Shown: piece after piece, positions 45,815 through 58,392 of the stretch | Layout of the letters: each line of letters opens with the position of its first letter | Position numbering within the stretch: position 1 is the first letter of the stretch | Assembly: GCA_030390025.1 (NCBI GenBank) | Contig: CM059432.1 | Span: 26,352,001-26,416,000, forward strand | Length of the DNA stretch: 64,000 bases | DNA from: Squalus acanthias | Lineage: Eukaryota | Reading direction: 5' to 3' | Made by a program: the position numbers and the translations under genes | Notes under the pieces: generated by a model | The model's database searches: none | The model's input: only the letters and a program-made list of their open reading frames with translations | What the model was told of the DNA's origin: nothing

Positions 45815-48800
45815 TGCTGCTCCTGTCCTTCTCAGTGGTAGAGGTCACAGAAGAAGGAGTAACTTTGCTGAGTTGCTGCAGTGCATCCTATAGATTGTAC
45901 ATCAAGAGTTTAAATCAAACATGGCCACAGTAAATAATAATTCTAAAAGGTCTAAGAGTGTTAAAAAAACAAGCCTGAAGGCTTTATGTCTTAATGCGAG
46001 GAGCATTCGTAATAAGGTGGATGAATTAGCTGCGCTAATAGAGGTAAACGGATATGATATGATTGGGATTACGGAGACATGGCTCTAGGGTGACCAAGGC
46101 TGGGAATTCAACATCCAGGGGTATTCAATATTCAGGAAAGACAGGCAAAAAGGAAAAGGAGGTGGGGTAGCATTGCTGGTTAAAGAGGGGATTAACACAA
46201 TAGTAAGGAAGGATATTAGCTCTGATGATGTGGAATCCGTATGGGTAGAAGTGAGAAATACCAAGGGGCAGAAAACGTTAGTGGGAGTGGTATACAGACC
46301 CCCAAACAGTAATGCAGAGGTTGGGGATGGCATTAAACAGGAAATTAGAGACACGTGCAATAAGGGCACAGCAGTTATCATGGGTGACTTTAATCTACAT
46401 ATAGATTGGGCTAACCAAATTAGTAACAATACTGTGGAGGAGGAATTCCTGGAGTGTATACGGGATGGTATCCTGGACCAATATGTCGAGGAACCAACTA
46501 GAAACCAGGCCATCTTAGACTGGGTGTTATGTAACGAGAAAGGATTAATTCGCAATCTTGTTGTGCGAGGCCCCTTGGGGCGGAGCGATCATAATATGAT
46601 AGAAATCTTCATTAAGATGGAGAATGAAATAGTTGACTCAGAGACTAGGGTCCTGAATTTAAATAAAGGAAACTACGATGGTATGAGGCACGAGTTGGGT
46701 AGGATAGATTGGGGAATGTTACTCAAAGGGTTGACGGTGGATAGGCAATGGCAAACATTCAAAGACTGCATGGATGAACTACAGAATTTGTTCATCCCTG
46801 TCTGGCATAAAAATAAAACAAAAAAGGTGACTGAACCATGGCTGACAAGGGAAATCAGGGATAGCATAAGATCCAAGGAGAGGACATATAAATTGGCCAG
46901 AAAAAGCAGTAAACCTGAGGACTGGGAGCAGTTTAAGATTCAGCAAAGGAGGACAAAGGGATTAATTAAGAGGCGGAAAATAGAGTACGAGCGTAAGCTT
47001 GCAGGGAACATAAAAACTGACTGTAAAAGCTTTTATAAATATGTGAAGAGAAAAAGATTGGTGAAGTCAAGTGTAGGTCCCTTGCAGTCAGTATCAGGGG
47101 AATTTATAATGGGGAACAAAGAAATGTCAGACCAATTAAATACATACTTTGGTTCTGTCTTCACAAAGGAGGACACAAATAACCTCCCAGAGATGTCGGG
47201 GAACATAGGGTCTAATGAGAGGGAGCAACTGAATGAACTCAGTATTTGTAGGGAAATGGTGTTAGGGAAATTGACGGCATTAAAGGCCGATAAATCCCCA
47301 GGGCCTGATAATCTACATCCCAGGGTACTTAAGGAAGTGGCCCTGGAAATAGTAGATGCATTGCTGGTCATCTTCCAAAATTCTATAGACTCTGGAACAG
47401 TTCCCATGGATTGGAGGGTAGCTAATGTTACCCCACTGTTCAAAAAAGGTGGTAAAGAAAAAACAGGGAATTATAGACCGGTAAGCTTGACATCGGTTGT
47501 GGGGAAAATGCTAGAGTCCATTATAAAAGATGTAATAGCAGAGCACTTGGAAAACAGTGACAGGATTGGACAAAGTCAACATGGATTTACAAAAGGTAAA
47601 TCGTGCTTCACTAATCTACTGGAATTTTTTGAGGATGTAACTGATAGAATAGATAAGGGAGAACAAGTAGATGTGGTGTATTTGGACTTTCAGAAGGCTT
47701 TCGATATGGTCCCGCATAAGAGATTAGCGTGTAAAGTTAAGGCACATGGGCTTGGGGGCAAGGTACTGACTTGGATAGAGAACTGGTTGGCAGACAGGAA
47801 GCAAAGAGTTGGAATAAACGGATCTTTTTCCGAGTAGCAGGCAGTGACTAGTGGGGTTCCGCAGGGATCGGTGCTAGGACCCTAGCTATTCACTATATAT
47901 ATTAATGATCTAGACGAGGGAACTAGATGTAATATCTCCAAGTTTGCAGATGACATAAAGCTGGGTGGGAGTGTGTGCTTCGAGGAGGATGCCAAGAAAC
48001 TCCAGTATGATTTGGACAGGTTGGGTGATTGGGCAGAAGCATGGCAGATGCAGTATAATGTGGATAAATGCGAGGTTATCCACTTTGGTGGCAAAAACAG
48101 AAAGGCAGATTATTATCTGAATGGCAATAGATTGGGAGAAGGGGAAATGCAATGAGACCTGGGTGTCCTTGTGCACTATTCGCTGAAGGTAAGCATGCAG
48201 GTGCAGCAGGCGGTTAAGAAGGCAAATGGAATGTTGGCCTTCGTAGCGAGAGGGTTTGAGTACAGGAACAAGGATGTCTTGCTGCAGCTGTACAGGGCCT
48301 TGGTGAGACCACACCTTGAATACTGTGTGCAGTTTTGGTCGCCTTATCTGAGGAAGGATGTTCTTGCCATGGAGGGTGTGCAGCGAAGATTCACCAGACT
48401 GATACCTGGGATGGCAGGAATGACATACGAGGAGAGATTGGGTCGATTGGGCTTATACTCGCTGGAGTTTAGGAGAATGAGAGGAGATCTCATTGAAACT
48501 TATAAAATTCTAACAGGGCTAGACAGACTAGATGCAGGAAGGATGTTCCCGATGGCGGGTGAGTCCAGAACAAGAGGTCACAGTCTAAAGATAAGGGGTA
48601 AGCCATTTAGGACAGAAATGAGGAGGAATTTCTTCACCCAGAGAGTGGTGAACCTGTGGAATTCTCTACCACAGAAGGCATTTGAGGCCAATTCATTAAA
48701 TATATTCAAGAAGGAGTTAGAGATATTTCTTAAGGCTAAAGGGATCAAGGGATATGGGGAGAAGGCAGGGACAGGGTACTGAGTTTGGATGATCAGCCAT

Positions 48801-49150
48801 GATCTCATTGAATGGCGGAGCAGGCTCGAGGGGCCGAATGTCCTACTCCTGCTCCTATCTTCTATGTTTCTATGTTTCTATGTACATTGTGTCAGTGATG
48901 AAGAGGATGATTATTGAGTCCAGTGGCAGTGCTGTCAATGAAGCTAACTGCTCTGTTCTGGATGCTGTCAAGATTCTTGATTGTTGTTGCATCTCCACCC
49001 ATCCAGGCGAGTGGTGAGTATTCTATCGCATTCCTGGCTTGAGCTTTATAGATGGTGGAAAGGCTTTAAGTGGTCATGAGGTGAGACACTTGTTGCAGAG
49101 TAGCCAGCCTCTGCCTTGCTCTTATAGCCACAATGTTGATATGATTGAGA
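45815..49150 (-). mobile_element. Old LINE (CR1/L2 group) fragment, 45815-45902 plus 48881-49150, host of a younger CR1
   Basis: Colinear with 54800-55510 and with the LINE at 59836-60390. Confidence 0.6.
45903..48880 (+). mobile_element. CR1 LINE, 5'-truncated near the ORF2 start; APE-RT in one frame with three nonsense codons
   Basis: ORFs 46173-47837, 47973-48155 and 48171-48782; stops near 46086, 47835 and 48153; flanking TGTACAT at 45896-45902 and 48881-48887. Confidence 0.95.
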
Positions 49151-49793
49151 TCAGCTAACTTAGGACAGGGTGGCGATTAAACATTCCAGCCTGTACCATT
49201 TAACTTAGAGTCTGAACATTGAACTGGAGGACATGTTTAAACTAATTTGGCAGGGGGATGGGCACCAGGATGTAGCATTAGAAAGGAGGAACAAGGTACA
49301 CAAAGGATTGGGAGAGACAGATAACACTAGAGTAAGAAATAGTATGGTATTATGTGGGGTCAAACTAAGAGAGAATACAAGAAGGTGTTAGATAGGTTTA
49401 CAGTGCATGTGTGTAAACGCACGAAGCGTGGTAAATAAGATTGGTGAGCTCCAGGTGCAAATAGCCACATGGGAATATGATGTTGTGGCGATAATGGAGA
49501 CCTGGCCCAAAAAAGGGCAGGATTGGGTACTAAATATTCCTGGATATAAGATGTTGAAGAAAGATAGGGAAGGAAAGAAAGGAGGTGGGATGGCAGTATT
49601 GATTAAGGAGAATGTTACAGTGCTGGAGAGAGAGGATGTCCTGGAGGGGTCAAGGGCAGAATCTATTTGGTTAGAGTTATGAAATAATAGAGGTGCCATT
49701 ACACTACTGGGTGTATTCTATAGGCAGCATCTAGTGGGAAGGATATAGAGGAGCAAATTTGCAGGGAAATTGCAGAGAGGTGCAAGAACTATA

Positions 49794-50578
49794 GGGGGAA
49801 AAATTCAGTTGGTTACGCCTCCCGTTAGCGCCTTAAGAGGGCGCTAATGGGGCGCAAAGCATCTAGCGCCCAGGCGCGGCAAAGTTTGCGCCGCTCGCGA
49901 AATTAACTAGACATTTTGCGGCGGCGCTAAACACTACCGCCACGATCTCCTGCGCCGGCAGATCATGACGTCACTCGAGTGCACAACGCCCCGGTATCGC
50001 CCTGGAGCGGATATTGAGTGGCGCCCCCTGCCTTACCGCCTGACGCTAGCAACGACAGGTTGAGGGGAGCGTTCTGCAGTCATGAAGGGCAAGGGGGAGC
50101 GCTATTTAAAGGTGTCCGCTTCCTGCCTTTTATTGTTGGTGCCATTTTTGAACTACGCATTCTGAGAGAGAGAGGGAGAGACTTCTGGAGAGATTCAACG
50201 TTGTGTGAAGGAGTTTTGGGTACTGAGCAGCACTTTGCAGGTTCATTTTGATTTGCCATTCCTTGTATCGATTTAGCAGAGACTGTGGGGGCTGCACACT
50301 GAGCTCTTTGCCTGGTACTCTCCATTGTTCTTTCCAGCACATTTGATGTGCAGGTCTCTCCAGGCCGAGATTCAAGGCTGCAATGTGCAGGATGTGGATG
50401 GAAAGCAAGATTAACCATCCCCTTTAAGAACAGGCCCGTGCCATTGTGTGTGTGTTCCATTGCTGACTGACATTACATGAGCTTCGCCAGCGCTCTGAGG
50501 TAGCGCCTCGCTCCTTGGCATTTGCGCCTTAAGACAGATGTGAAGCGCCCAAATGGGGCGATACTGAATTTCTCCCCC
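49794..50578 (+). mobile_element. Non-autonomous Harbinger MITE (785 bp)
   Basis: TIRs GGGGGAAAAATT / AATTTCTCCCCC; TSD ATA; internal core shared with 12743-13634. Confidence 0.93.
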
Positions 50579-52634
50579 ATAGAGTAGTAATAATGGGGGA
50601 CTTCAACTATCCTAATATCGACTGGGATAGTAATAGTGTAAAGGGCAGAGAGGGGGAAGAATTTCTGAAGTGTGTTCAGGAGAACTTTCTTGATCAGTAC
50701 GTTTCCGGCCCAACGAGGAAGGAGGCATTGCTGGATCTGGTTCTGGGGAATGAGGTGGGTCAAGTGGAACAAGTGTCAGTAGGGGAACATTTAGGGAACA
50801 GTGATCATAGTATCGTAAGATTTAGATTAGCTATGGAAAAGGACAGGGAGCAATTGAGAGTAAAAATACATACTAACATAAAAGGGAATCCAAAAGTTTT
50901 CTATAGGCATATAAATAGTAAACGGGTATTAAGAGGAGGGGTGGAGCTGATTGGGGACCAAAATGGAGACCTACGCATGGAGGCAGAGGGCATGGCTGAA
51001 GTACTAAATGAGTACGTTGCATCTGTCATTACCAAAGAAGAAGTAAAAATACTTAATTGGAGGAAGGCCAATATCAGTGGGTCGAGAATTGATCTGGCCT
51101 GGGTAAATTAGAATCAAAAATTGGCAGACAAATCTGTAATTGAACAATGGGCTGCCTTTAAAGAGGAGATACTTCAGGTACAGTCAGGGCATATTCCATG
51201 AGGGGGAAAGGTAGGGCAACCAAAGTCAGAGCTCCCTGGATGACAAAAAAATAGAGTAAGTTGAAGCAGAAAAAGGGGGCATATGACAGCTGTCAGGTTG
51301 AGAATACAAGTGAGAACCAGGCTGAATATAGAAAGTTCAGAGGGGAAGTGAAAAAGGAAATAAGAGGGGCAGAGAGAGAGTATGAGAATAGATTGGCAGC
51401 TAACATAAAAGGGAATCCAAAAGTCTTCTATCGGCATATAAATAGTAAACGGGTATTAAGAGGAGGGGTGGAGCTGATTGGGGACCAAAATGGAGACCTA
51501 CGCATGGAGTCAGAGGGCATGGCTGAAGTACTAAATGAGTACTTTGCATCTGTCGTTACCAAAGAAGAAGATGCTGCCAATGTCATAGTGAAAGAGGAGC
51601 TAGTTGAGATACTGGATGGGATAAAAATTGATAAAGAAGAAGTACTGGAAAGGCTGGCTGTACTTAAAGTAGATAAGTCACCAGAACCGAATAGGATGCA
51701 TCCTAGGATGCTAAGGGAAGTAAAGGTGGAAATTGCGGAGGTACTGGCCATAATCTTCCAATCCTCCTTAAATACGGGGGTGGTGCAAGAGGACTGGAGA
51801 ATTGCAAATGTTATACCATTGTTTAAAAAAGGGTGTAAGCATAAACCCAGCAACTAAAGGCCAGTCAGTTTAACCTCAGTAGTGGGGATGCTTTTAGAAA
51901 CGAAAATCAGGGACAAAATTAACAGTCACTTGGACAAGTGTGGATTAATTAAGGAAAGCCAGCACGGATTTGTTAAAGGCAAATCATGCTTAACTAACTT
52001 GATTGAGTTTTTTGATGAGATAGTGGGGGGTTGATGAGGGCAATGTGGTTGATGTGGTGTACATGGATTTCAAAAGGCGTTTGATAAAGTGCCACATTGT
52101 AGGCTTGCCAGCAAAGTTGAAGCCCATGGAATAAAAGGGACAGTGGCAGCATGGATACAAAATTGGCTAAGTGACAGGAAACAGTGTAGTGGTGAACAGT
52201 TCTTTTTCGGACTGGAGGAAGGTATACAGTGGTGTTCCCCAGCAATCGGTACTCGGACCACTGCTTATCTAGATATATAGTAATGACTTGGACTTGGGTG
52301 TACAGGGCACAATTTCAAAATTTGCAGATGACACAAAACTTGGAAGTATAGTGAACAGTGAGGAGGATAGTGATAGACTTCAAGAGGACATAGACAGGCT
52401 GGTGGAATGGGCAGACACATGGCAGATGAAATTTAATGCATAAAAGTGCGAAGTGATACATTTTGGTAGGAAGAACAAGGAGAGGCAATATAAACAAAAG
52501 GGTACAATTCTAAATGGGGTGCATGAACAGAGAGACCTGGGGGTATAGGTACACAAATTGTTGAAGGTGGCAGGCCAGGTTGAGAAAGCGGTTAAAAAAG
52601 CATACAGGATCCTGGGCTTCATAAATAGAGGCAT

Positions 52635-53465
52635 GGGGGAGAAATTCGGTATCGCCCCGTTTGGGGCGCAATTATCGGCTGGGCGCAAAGTTTACTGCCT
52701 GGCGCTAATTATCGCCTCTGACTGCAAACTTGGCTTCTATCGCCCCTGGAGGTGATTGGAGCACTAAATCAGGTGCTACACACCTCTCTTAAGGCGCTAA
52801 CGCCAAGGAGCGAGGCACTACCTCAGAGCACTGGCGAAGCTCATGTGATGTCAGTCAGCAATGGAACACAGACACACTGGCGCCGGCCAGTTCTTAAAGG
52901 GGAGGGTTGATCTTGCTCTCCATCCACACCCTGCTCATTGCAGCCTTGAATCTCAGCCTGGAGAGACCTGTACATCAAATCTGCTGGAAAGAACAATGGA
53001 GAGACCCAGGGAGAGAGCTCAGAGTGCAGCCCCATAGTCTCTTCTAAATCGATGCAAGGAAGTTCAAATCAAAATGAACCTGCAAAGTGCTGCTCAGTAC
53101 CCAAAACTCCTTCACACAGCGTTGAATCTTTCCAGAAGTGTCTCTCTCTCTTTCTCAGAATGCGTGGTGCAAAACTGTCGCCGACAAAAAAAGGCAGGAA
53201 GCGGTCACCTTTAAATAGCGCTCCCCCAGTCACTTCCCGACTGCAAAACACTCTCCTCAACCTGTCATTGCTAGCGGCAGGCAGTAAGGCAGGGGGCGCC
53301 ACTCAATATCCGGTCCGGGGTGCTACCAGGGCATTGCACGCTCGACTGACATCACGATCTGCGGGCGCAGGAGATCATGGCGGTAGTGTTTAGCGCCACC
53401 ACAAAATGTCTGGTCAATTTCGCAGGGTGCTAACAGGAGGCGCAAAGCAACTGAATTTTTCCCCC
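52635..53465 (-). mobile_element. Non-autonomous Harbinger MITE (831 bp)
   Basis: TIRs GGGGGAGAAATT / AATTTTTCCCCC; flanks GC-AT and ATA-GAG (TSD ATA with one base lost on the left, or CAT); related internal core. Confidence 0.92.
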
Positions 53466-54569
53466 ATAGAGTACAAAAGCAAGGAAGTTATGATGAACCT
53501 TTATAAAACACTGGTATGGCCTCAACTGGAGTATTGTGTCCAATTCTGGGCACTGCACTTTAGGAAGGATGTGAAGGCCTTAGAGAGGGTGCAGAAAAGA
53601 TTTACAAGAATGGCTCCAGGGATGAGGGACTTCAGTTACGTAGATAGACTAGAGAAGCTGGGGTTGTTCTCCTTAAAGCAGAGAAGGTTGAGAGGAGATT
53701 TAATAGAGGTGTTCAAAATCATGAGGGGTTTATACAGAGTTGATAGAGAGAAACTGTTCCCATTGGCTGAAGGGTCGAGAACCAGAGGACATAGATTTAA
53801 GGTGATTGGTAGAAGAACCAAAGGCGACATGAGGAATAATGTTTTTCCGCAGTGAGTGATTAGGATCTGGAATGCACTGCCTGAAAGGGTGGTGGAGGCA
53901 GATTCAACTGCGGCTTTCAAGAAGGAATTGGATAAGTACCTGAAGGAAAAAAATTTCCGGGCTAAGAGGAAAGAGCGGGGGAGTGGGATTAGCTGAAGTG
54001 CTCTTGCAGAGAGCCGGTATGGGCTGGATAGGCCAAATGGCCTCCTTCTGTGCTGTAAGCATTCTATGATTCTATGAGCATAGAATTAATAGGCTTCAAG
54101 TAGTTTTGTACAATAAACCCCCAGCAAAAGCAGCTAATGCCTTGCCAATTAACTTTTTTAACTCTGTTCCTGTTTCTTTGTACACTGTATTTACTTTAAG
54201 GGAGCATAGAAACTTTGGAGAAAACTTATTCAGCAGATTAAATGAGTAAAGTCCCTGACAGACTGTGTGCATAGTCTGTGGGAGGAATGGATTTGGCTCT
54301 TTTATGTTTTCTCTTGAACCATTCTAATATGCTTGAAAAGTGGATCAATCAAGTTGTTAAGATATTGGGGCCAATTTTCACTTCTGGCAGTGGCGGTAGC
54401 GGTTCAGCCGCCCGATTTACACTCCGCTGGATTTTTCTTTTGCATTGGCAAAGGCACTGAGGCCAATTATCCTTTGCTGAACTGGCACTGGGATTCCGCA
54501 AAAGTGGAAAATCCTGGCTATAATCTTCTCATTGTGGAACAGAAGGATAATTGGAAGAGCCACCTGTTT

Positions 54570-55830
54570 TTTCTTATTTATTTTTGGGATATGGGAAATG
54601 CCAGCAAGGCTGTAATTATTGCCCATCCCTAGTTGCCCTGAAAAGGTGATGATGGGCCTTCTCCTTGAATCCTGCAATCTTCTCGTAATGGTACTCCTAC
54701 ATTGGTGTTAGATAGGGAATTTTGAGATTATAAGCAGTGACGATGAAGGAATGGTGATATATGTGCAAGTTAAGATGGTATGTGACTTGGAGAGGAACAT
54801 TGCTGCTCCTGTCCTTCTCAGTGGTAGAGGTCTGTGCATGCTGAGTCTTTGACTATATTCAAGGCTGAGATAGATAGATTTTTGGACTCTAGGGGAATCA
54901 AGGGATATGGAGATTGGGCAGGAAAGTGGAGTTGAGGTCAATGATCAGCCATGATCTTATTGAATGGCGGAGCAGGCTTGTGGGGCTGTACTCCTGCTCT
55001 TATTTCTTATGTTCTTATGTTACATGAGAGGGTGTAACTTTGGTGAGTTGCTGCAGTGCATCCTGTAGATTGTACATTGTGTCAGTGATGGTACGAGCAC
55101 ACGGAATGCAGCGGTTCAAGAAGGTGGCTCACCACCATCTTCTCAAGGGCAATTCGTGATGGGCAATAAATGCTGGCCTTGCCAGCGACGCACACATCCC
55201 ATAAACTAATATTTAAAAAAAGGATGATTATTGAGTCCAGTGGCAGTGCTGTCAATCAAGCTAACTGCTCTGATCTGGATGCTGTCGAGATTCTTGAGTG
55301 TTGTTGCATATTCACCATCCAGGCGAGTGGTGAGTATTCTATCGCATTCCTTGAGCCTTATAGATGGTGGAAAGGCTTTGAGTGGTCACGAGTAGAGCCA
55401 CTTGTTGCAGAGTACCCAGTCTCTGCCTTGCTCTTATATTATATTATGATTTCAAATAAAACTGTTGGACTATAACCTGGTGTTGTGCGACCTCTCAATT
55501 TTGCTCTTATAGCCACAGTGTTGATATGATTGGTTCTGTTCAGTTTCTGGACAATGGTAACACCCAAAATGTTGATGGTGTGGGGACTCGGTAATGAAGG
55601 TGCCATTGAAGGTCAAGAGGTAATGACCGGATTTTCTCTTATTCAAGATGGTCATCACCTGGCACTTACATGGGGCGAATGTTACCTACCACTTATCAGC
55701 CCAAGCTGTAGGTTGGCATGGGCTGTTTTATTATTAGAGGAGTTGTGAATGGAGCTTAACATTATGGAATTGTCAGCGAACAAGCCCATTCCTGACATCA
55801 TGATGGAGGGAAGACCATAGATGATGCAAC
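54570..55830 (-). mobile_element. Old LINE (CR1/L2 group) 3' fragment with nested short inserts: CR1 tail at ~54833-55021 (+) and a LINE 3' end at ~55092-55215 (+)
   Basis: GCCCATCCCTAGTTGCCCTGAAAAGGTG resembles 59855-59885; the nested CR1 3' UTR ends in TTCTTATG. Confidence 0.65.
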
Positions 55831-55927
55831 TGAATATGAGGACACTATATTCAGCTATCTTTCATCCTTCAATAGAAGCAGCTCTTACTTGTCTCCTAGT
55901 GTAGGCAAAACAGCAGAAAAATGCCGC

Positions 55928-56400
55928 CTTCTTCTGAGGCAGTGCCTTGGAACCGAGGATGACTTGCTTCCATGTTAAAAATGAGTTCTCAGGTGACTGA
56001 TGAGTCCAATGCGGGACCTACAGTCTCTGTGACAGGTGGGGCAGACGGTGGTTGAAGGGGCAGGTGGGTGGGGTGCTTGGGTTGACGTGCGCTCCTTGCG
56101 CTGCTTGCGCTTGGCTTCCGCTTGCTCCCGGCGAAGAGACTCGAGGCGTTCGGCGCCTTCCCGGATGCTTCTCCTCCACTTTGTGCGGTCTTGGGCCAGG
56201 GATTCCCAGGTGTCGGTGGGGATGTTGCACTTTTTCAAGGAGGCTTTGAGGGTGTCTTTGAAGCATTTCCTCTGCCCACCTGGGGCTCTCTTGCCGTGTC
56301 AGAGCTCCGAGTAGAGTGCTTGTTTTGGGAGTCTCGTATCGGGCATGCGGACGATGTGACCCGTCCATCGGAGCTGATCGAGTGTGGTCAAAGCTTCGAT
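55928..56400 (-). mobile_element. RTE-clade LINE 3' fragment
   Basis: GHIVRMPDTRLPKQ..; WESLAQDRTKWR..; CPTCHRDCRSRIGLISHLRTH (C2H2 motif typical of RTE); short GAA-type tail. Confidence 0.85.
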
Positions 56401-57141
56401 ACTTTTGAAGACAGTGTCAGCTGCCAATTCAAGCTGCTGTAAAGATCCATGCACACATGCTGCCCTGTAAGAGTATCCTCAATCAATCATGTCAAGGTAT
56501 CCGCTATCTCAATGGAAAATACACCACTCAGCGTGCTGCTTCTCGTAAGTAAAGTGCAGCTTCCTGGTATTTTTCATGTCCTCATGCGCTAGTGACCCTT
56601 AGCAAAGGGAGCTGTACTGATCAATGTACTGGAGTTTGCAGGGAACCTCACACCTCATGCCCCCTCTGTCTGTGAACGCTCCTGGCTTGATATATCTGAG
56701 AAACAGTATCATTCCTAACTTTTTGGTCAGTTACTTAGGGGGGAAATGTTCAGGAATTGATTATGAAACAAGCAACCATGTAGGAATTGAAACTGCAAGG
56801 CTGTTCGAAATGTGCAAATCTTCCACCCACCCACCATTGTGGTTTAGTTGGTAAATGCACCGCTCAGTGTGGTAGTCATACAGCTACTAGGTTCCAGTTT
56901 GGATCCCCGTTCTGTGCTTGAATTAGTGGATTTCCCCCCCCCCTCAAACTCCTGTATTAGGAGGGGGCAAATTAATCAGCCAGGATTTTCATCCTGATTG
57001 CTATCCAGTCACCTGCTGTTAGGTATGTGTGGTGCACATTAGGTCATGAGAATATTGGGCCTGATTACGATTCCCTCCCTAATCTTATCTCAGATATGAA
57101 GAATGCACATGTGGAAAAGTTAACCAGATGGCTGCCTGCTC

Positions 57142-57222
57142 AGCATGACTCAGCATCTTCAGGAAATAAGCATGAATCGGCATCTTCAGGAGATGAGCAT
57201 CATTCAGTGTCCTCAGGACCTT
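57142..57222. repeat. 27-bp imperfect tandem repeat x3
   Basis: AGCATGACTCAGCATCTTCAGGAAATA / AGCATGAATCGGCATCTTCAGGAGATG / AGCATCATTCAGTGTCCTCAGGACCTT. Confidence 0.8.
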
Positions 57223-57359
57223 CTTTCTGCTGCTGCTGTTGCTGATGTCTGAAGTCCATTTTCGTGGGAACTTGCATTGCTTTGTGAAAATGAACAACTC
57301 CCAGCCTGGTTCAGTTTCTTAATCCTAGTCTGTAGTCACCAACCTCAATAAGCTTCTTT

Positions 57360-57655
57360 CAAGCCTCGTCTGCTCTCTCAGGTGACGTAAAAGATCCATG
57401 GCACTATTTCGAAGAAGAGCAGGGGAGATATCCCCGGTGTCCTGGCCAATATTTATCCCTCAATCAACACAACAAAAAACAGATTATCTGGTCATTATCA
57501 CATTGCTGTTTGTGGGAGCTTGCTGTGTGCAAATTGGCTGCCGTGTTTCCCACATTACAACATTGACTACACTCCAAAAGTACTTTATTGGCTGTAAAGC
57601 GCTTTGAGATGTCCAGTGGCCAAGGCTCTATATAAATGCAAGCCTTCTATTCTTT
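57360..57655 (+). mobile_element. Deu-domain SINE, 5'-truncated
   Basis: GTCTGCTCTCTCAGGTGACGTAAAAGATCCATGGCACTATTTCG..GGTGTCCTGGCCAATATTT, followed by the SINE tail. Confidence 0.75.
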
Positions 57656-58392
57656 CGATGTGCATTCTGTAATTGTAGTAAGACCCCAGTGAGACTGCGA
57701 TTGGATCAATGTTTTCTTTCGTCCAGGAGCTCACACTTTGCCTGTCAGGCTTCTACTCCCTCCCTGTTAAAATTTAATTTGTAACCCTGTAGAGTCAAGA
57801 AAACTGTCAAACAAAAACAAATGTCAGTCAGCTCCCTACCAGGCAGCTTGAATCCTGAAGTGACATCCGGTATGTGGGACCTCCTGGCCACACCTTCCCT
57901 CTGAACCTCTCCAGCAACAGGTATTCCCATCGCTCCTGGCTGCAAACATTATGAAAGCTTTGGAGGTATAGAAATGAACACTTTATGCCTTCTAGGATTC
58001 CAGACCGCACAGTTGCTACCAAAAACACATCCCCATTTCAGCACACAACCGGGTCAGGCAGGGAATTATTACAGAGTTTCATCACCACAAATAACTCCAG
58101 AGATTGAAGTAAGGCTGCTCTTTGCTCTGGTCAATGCTCCATCCAAGCTGTTTCACATACAGGACAGCTGGGAAACTAGTAATAGTTGACTCACAACATA
58201 AAAAAAACTGAAACACCGTCTGAAATCTGACAACTCAAAAGCAGGCCTCTGTGTTAGCCTATAACATGTAATTACACTGAAAGTGCAGTAGAGCACAAGT
58301 TGTCATAGCTTAAGTTGCAGGTATACCTAACATTCTATCACTTGTATAGTGGAAAATAGTGGCAAAAACTTCCCCGCTTCCTCCAGTTCATT

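Larger units (their letters stand above)
49235..54077 (+). mobile_element. CR1 LINE ORF2 region, degenerate, (ATTCTATG)n tail, with two nested MITEs
   Basis: MCVNARSVVNK, GDFNYP and SDH APE motifs, RT motifs, and tail at 54061-54077. Confidence 0.93.

Noticed and set aside
54366..54520. Additional tiny MITEs here and at ~39549-39686, and a possible element start near 63510
   Set aside because: The TIR-like ends are too degenerate and no TSD could be confirmed; the 63510 candidate has no visible second end in the window.
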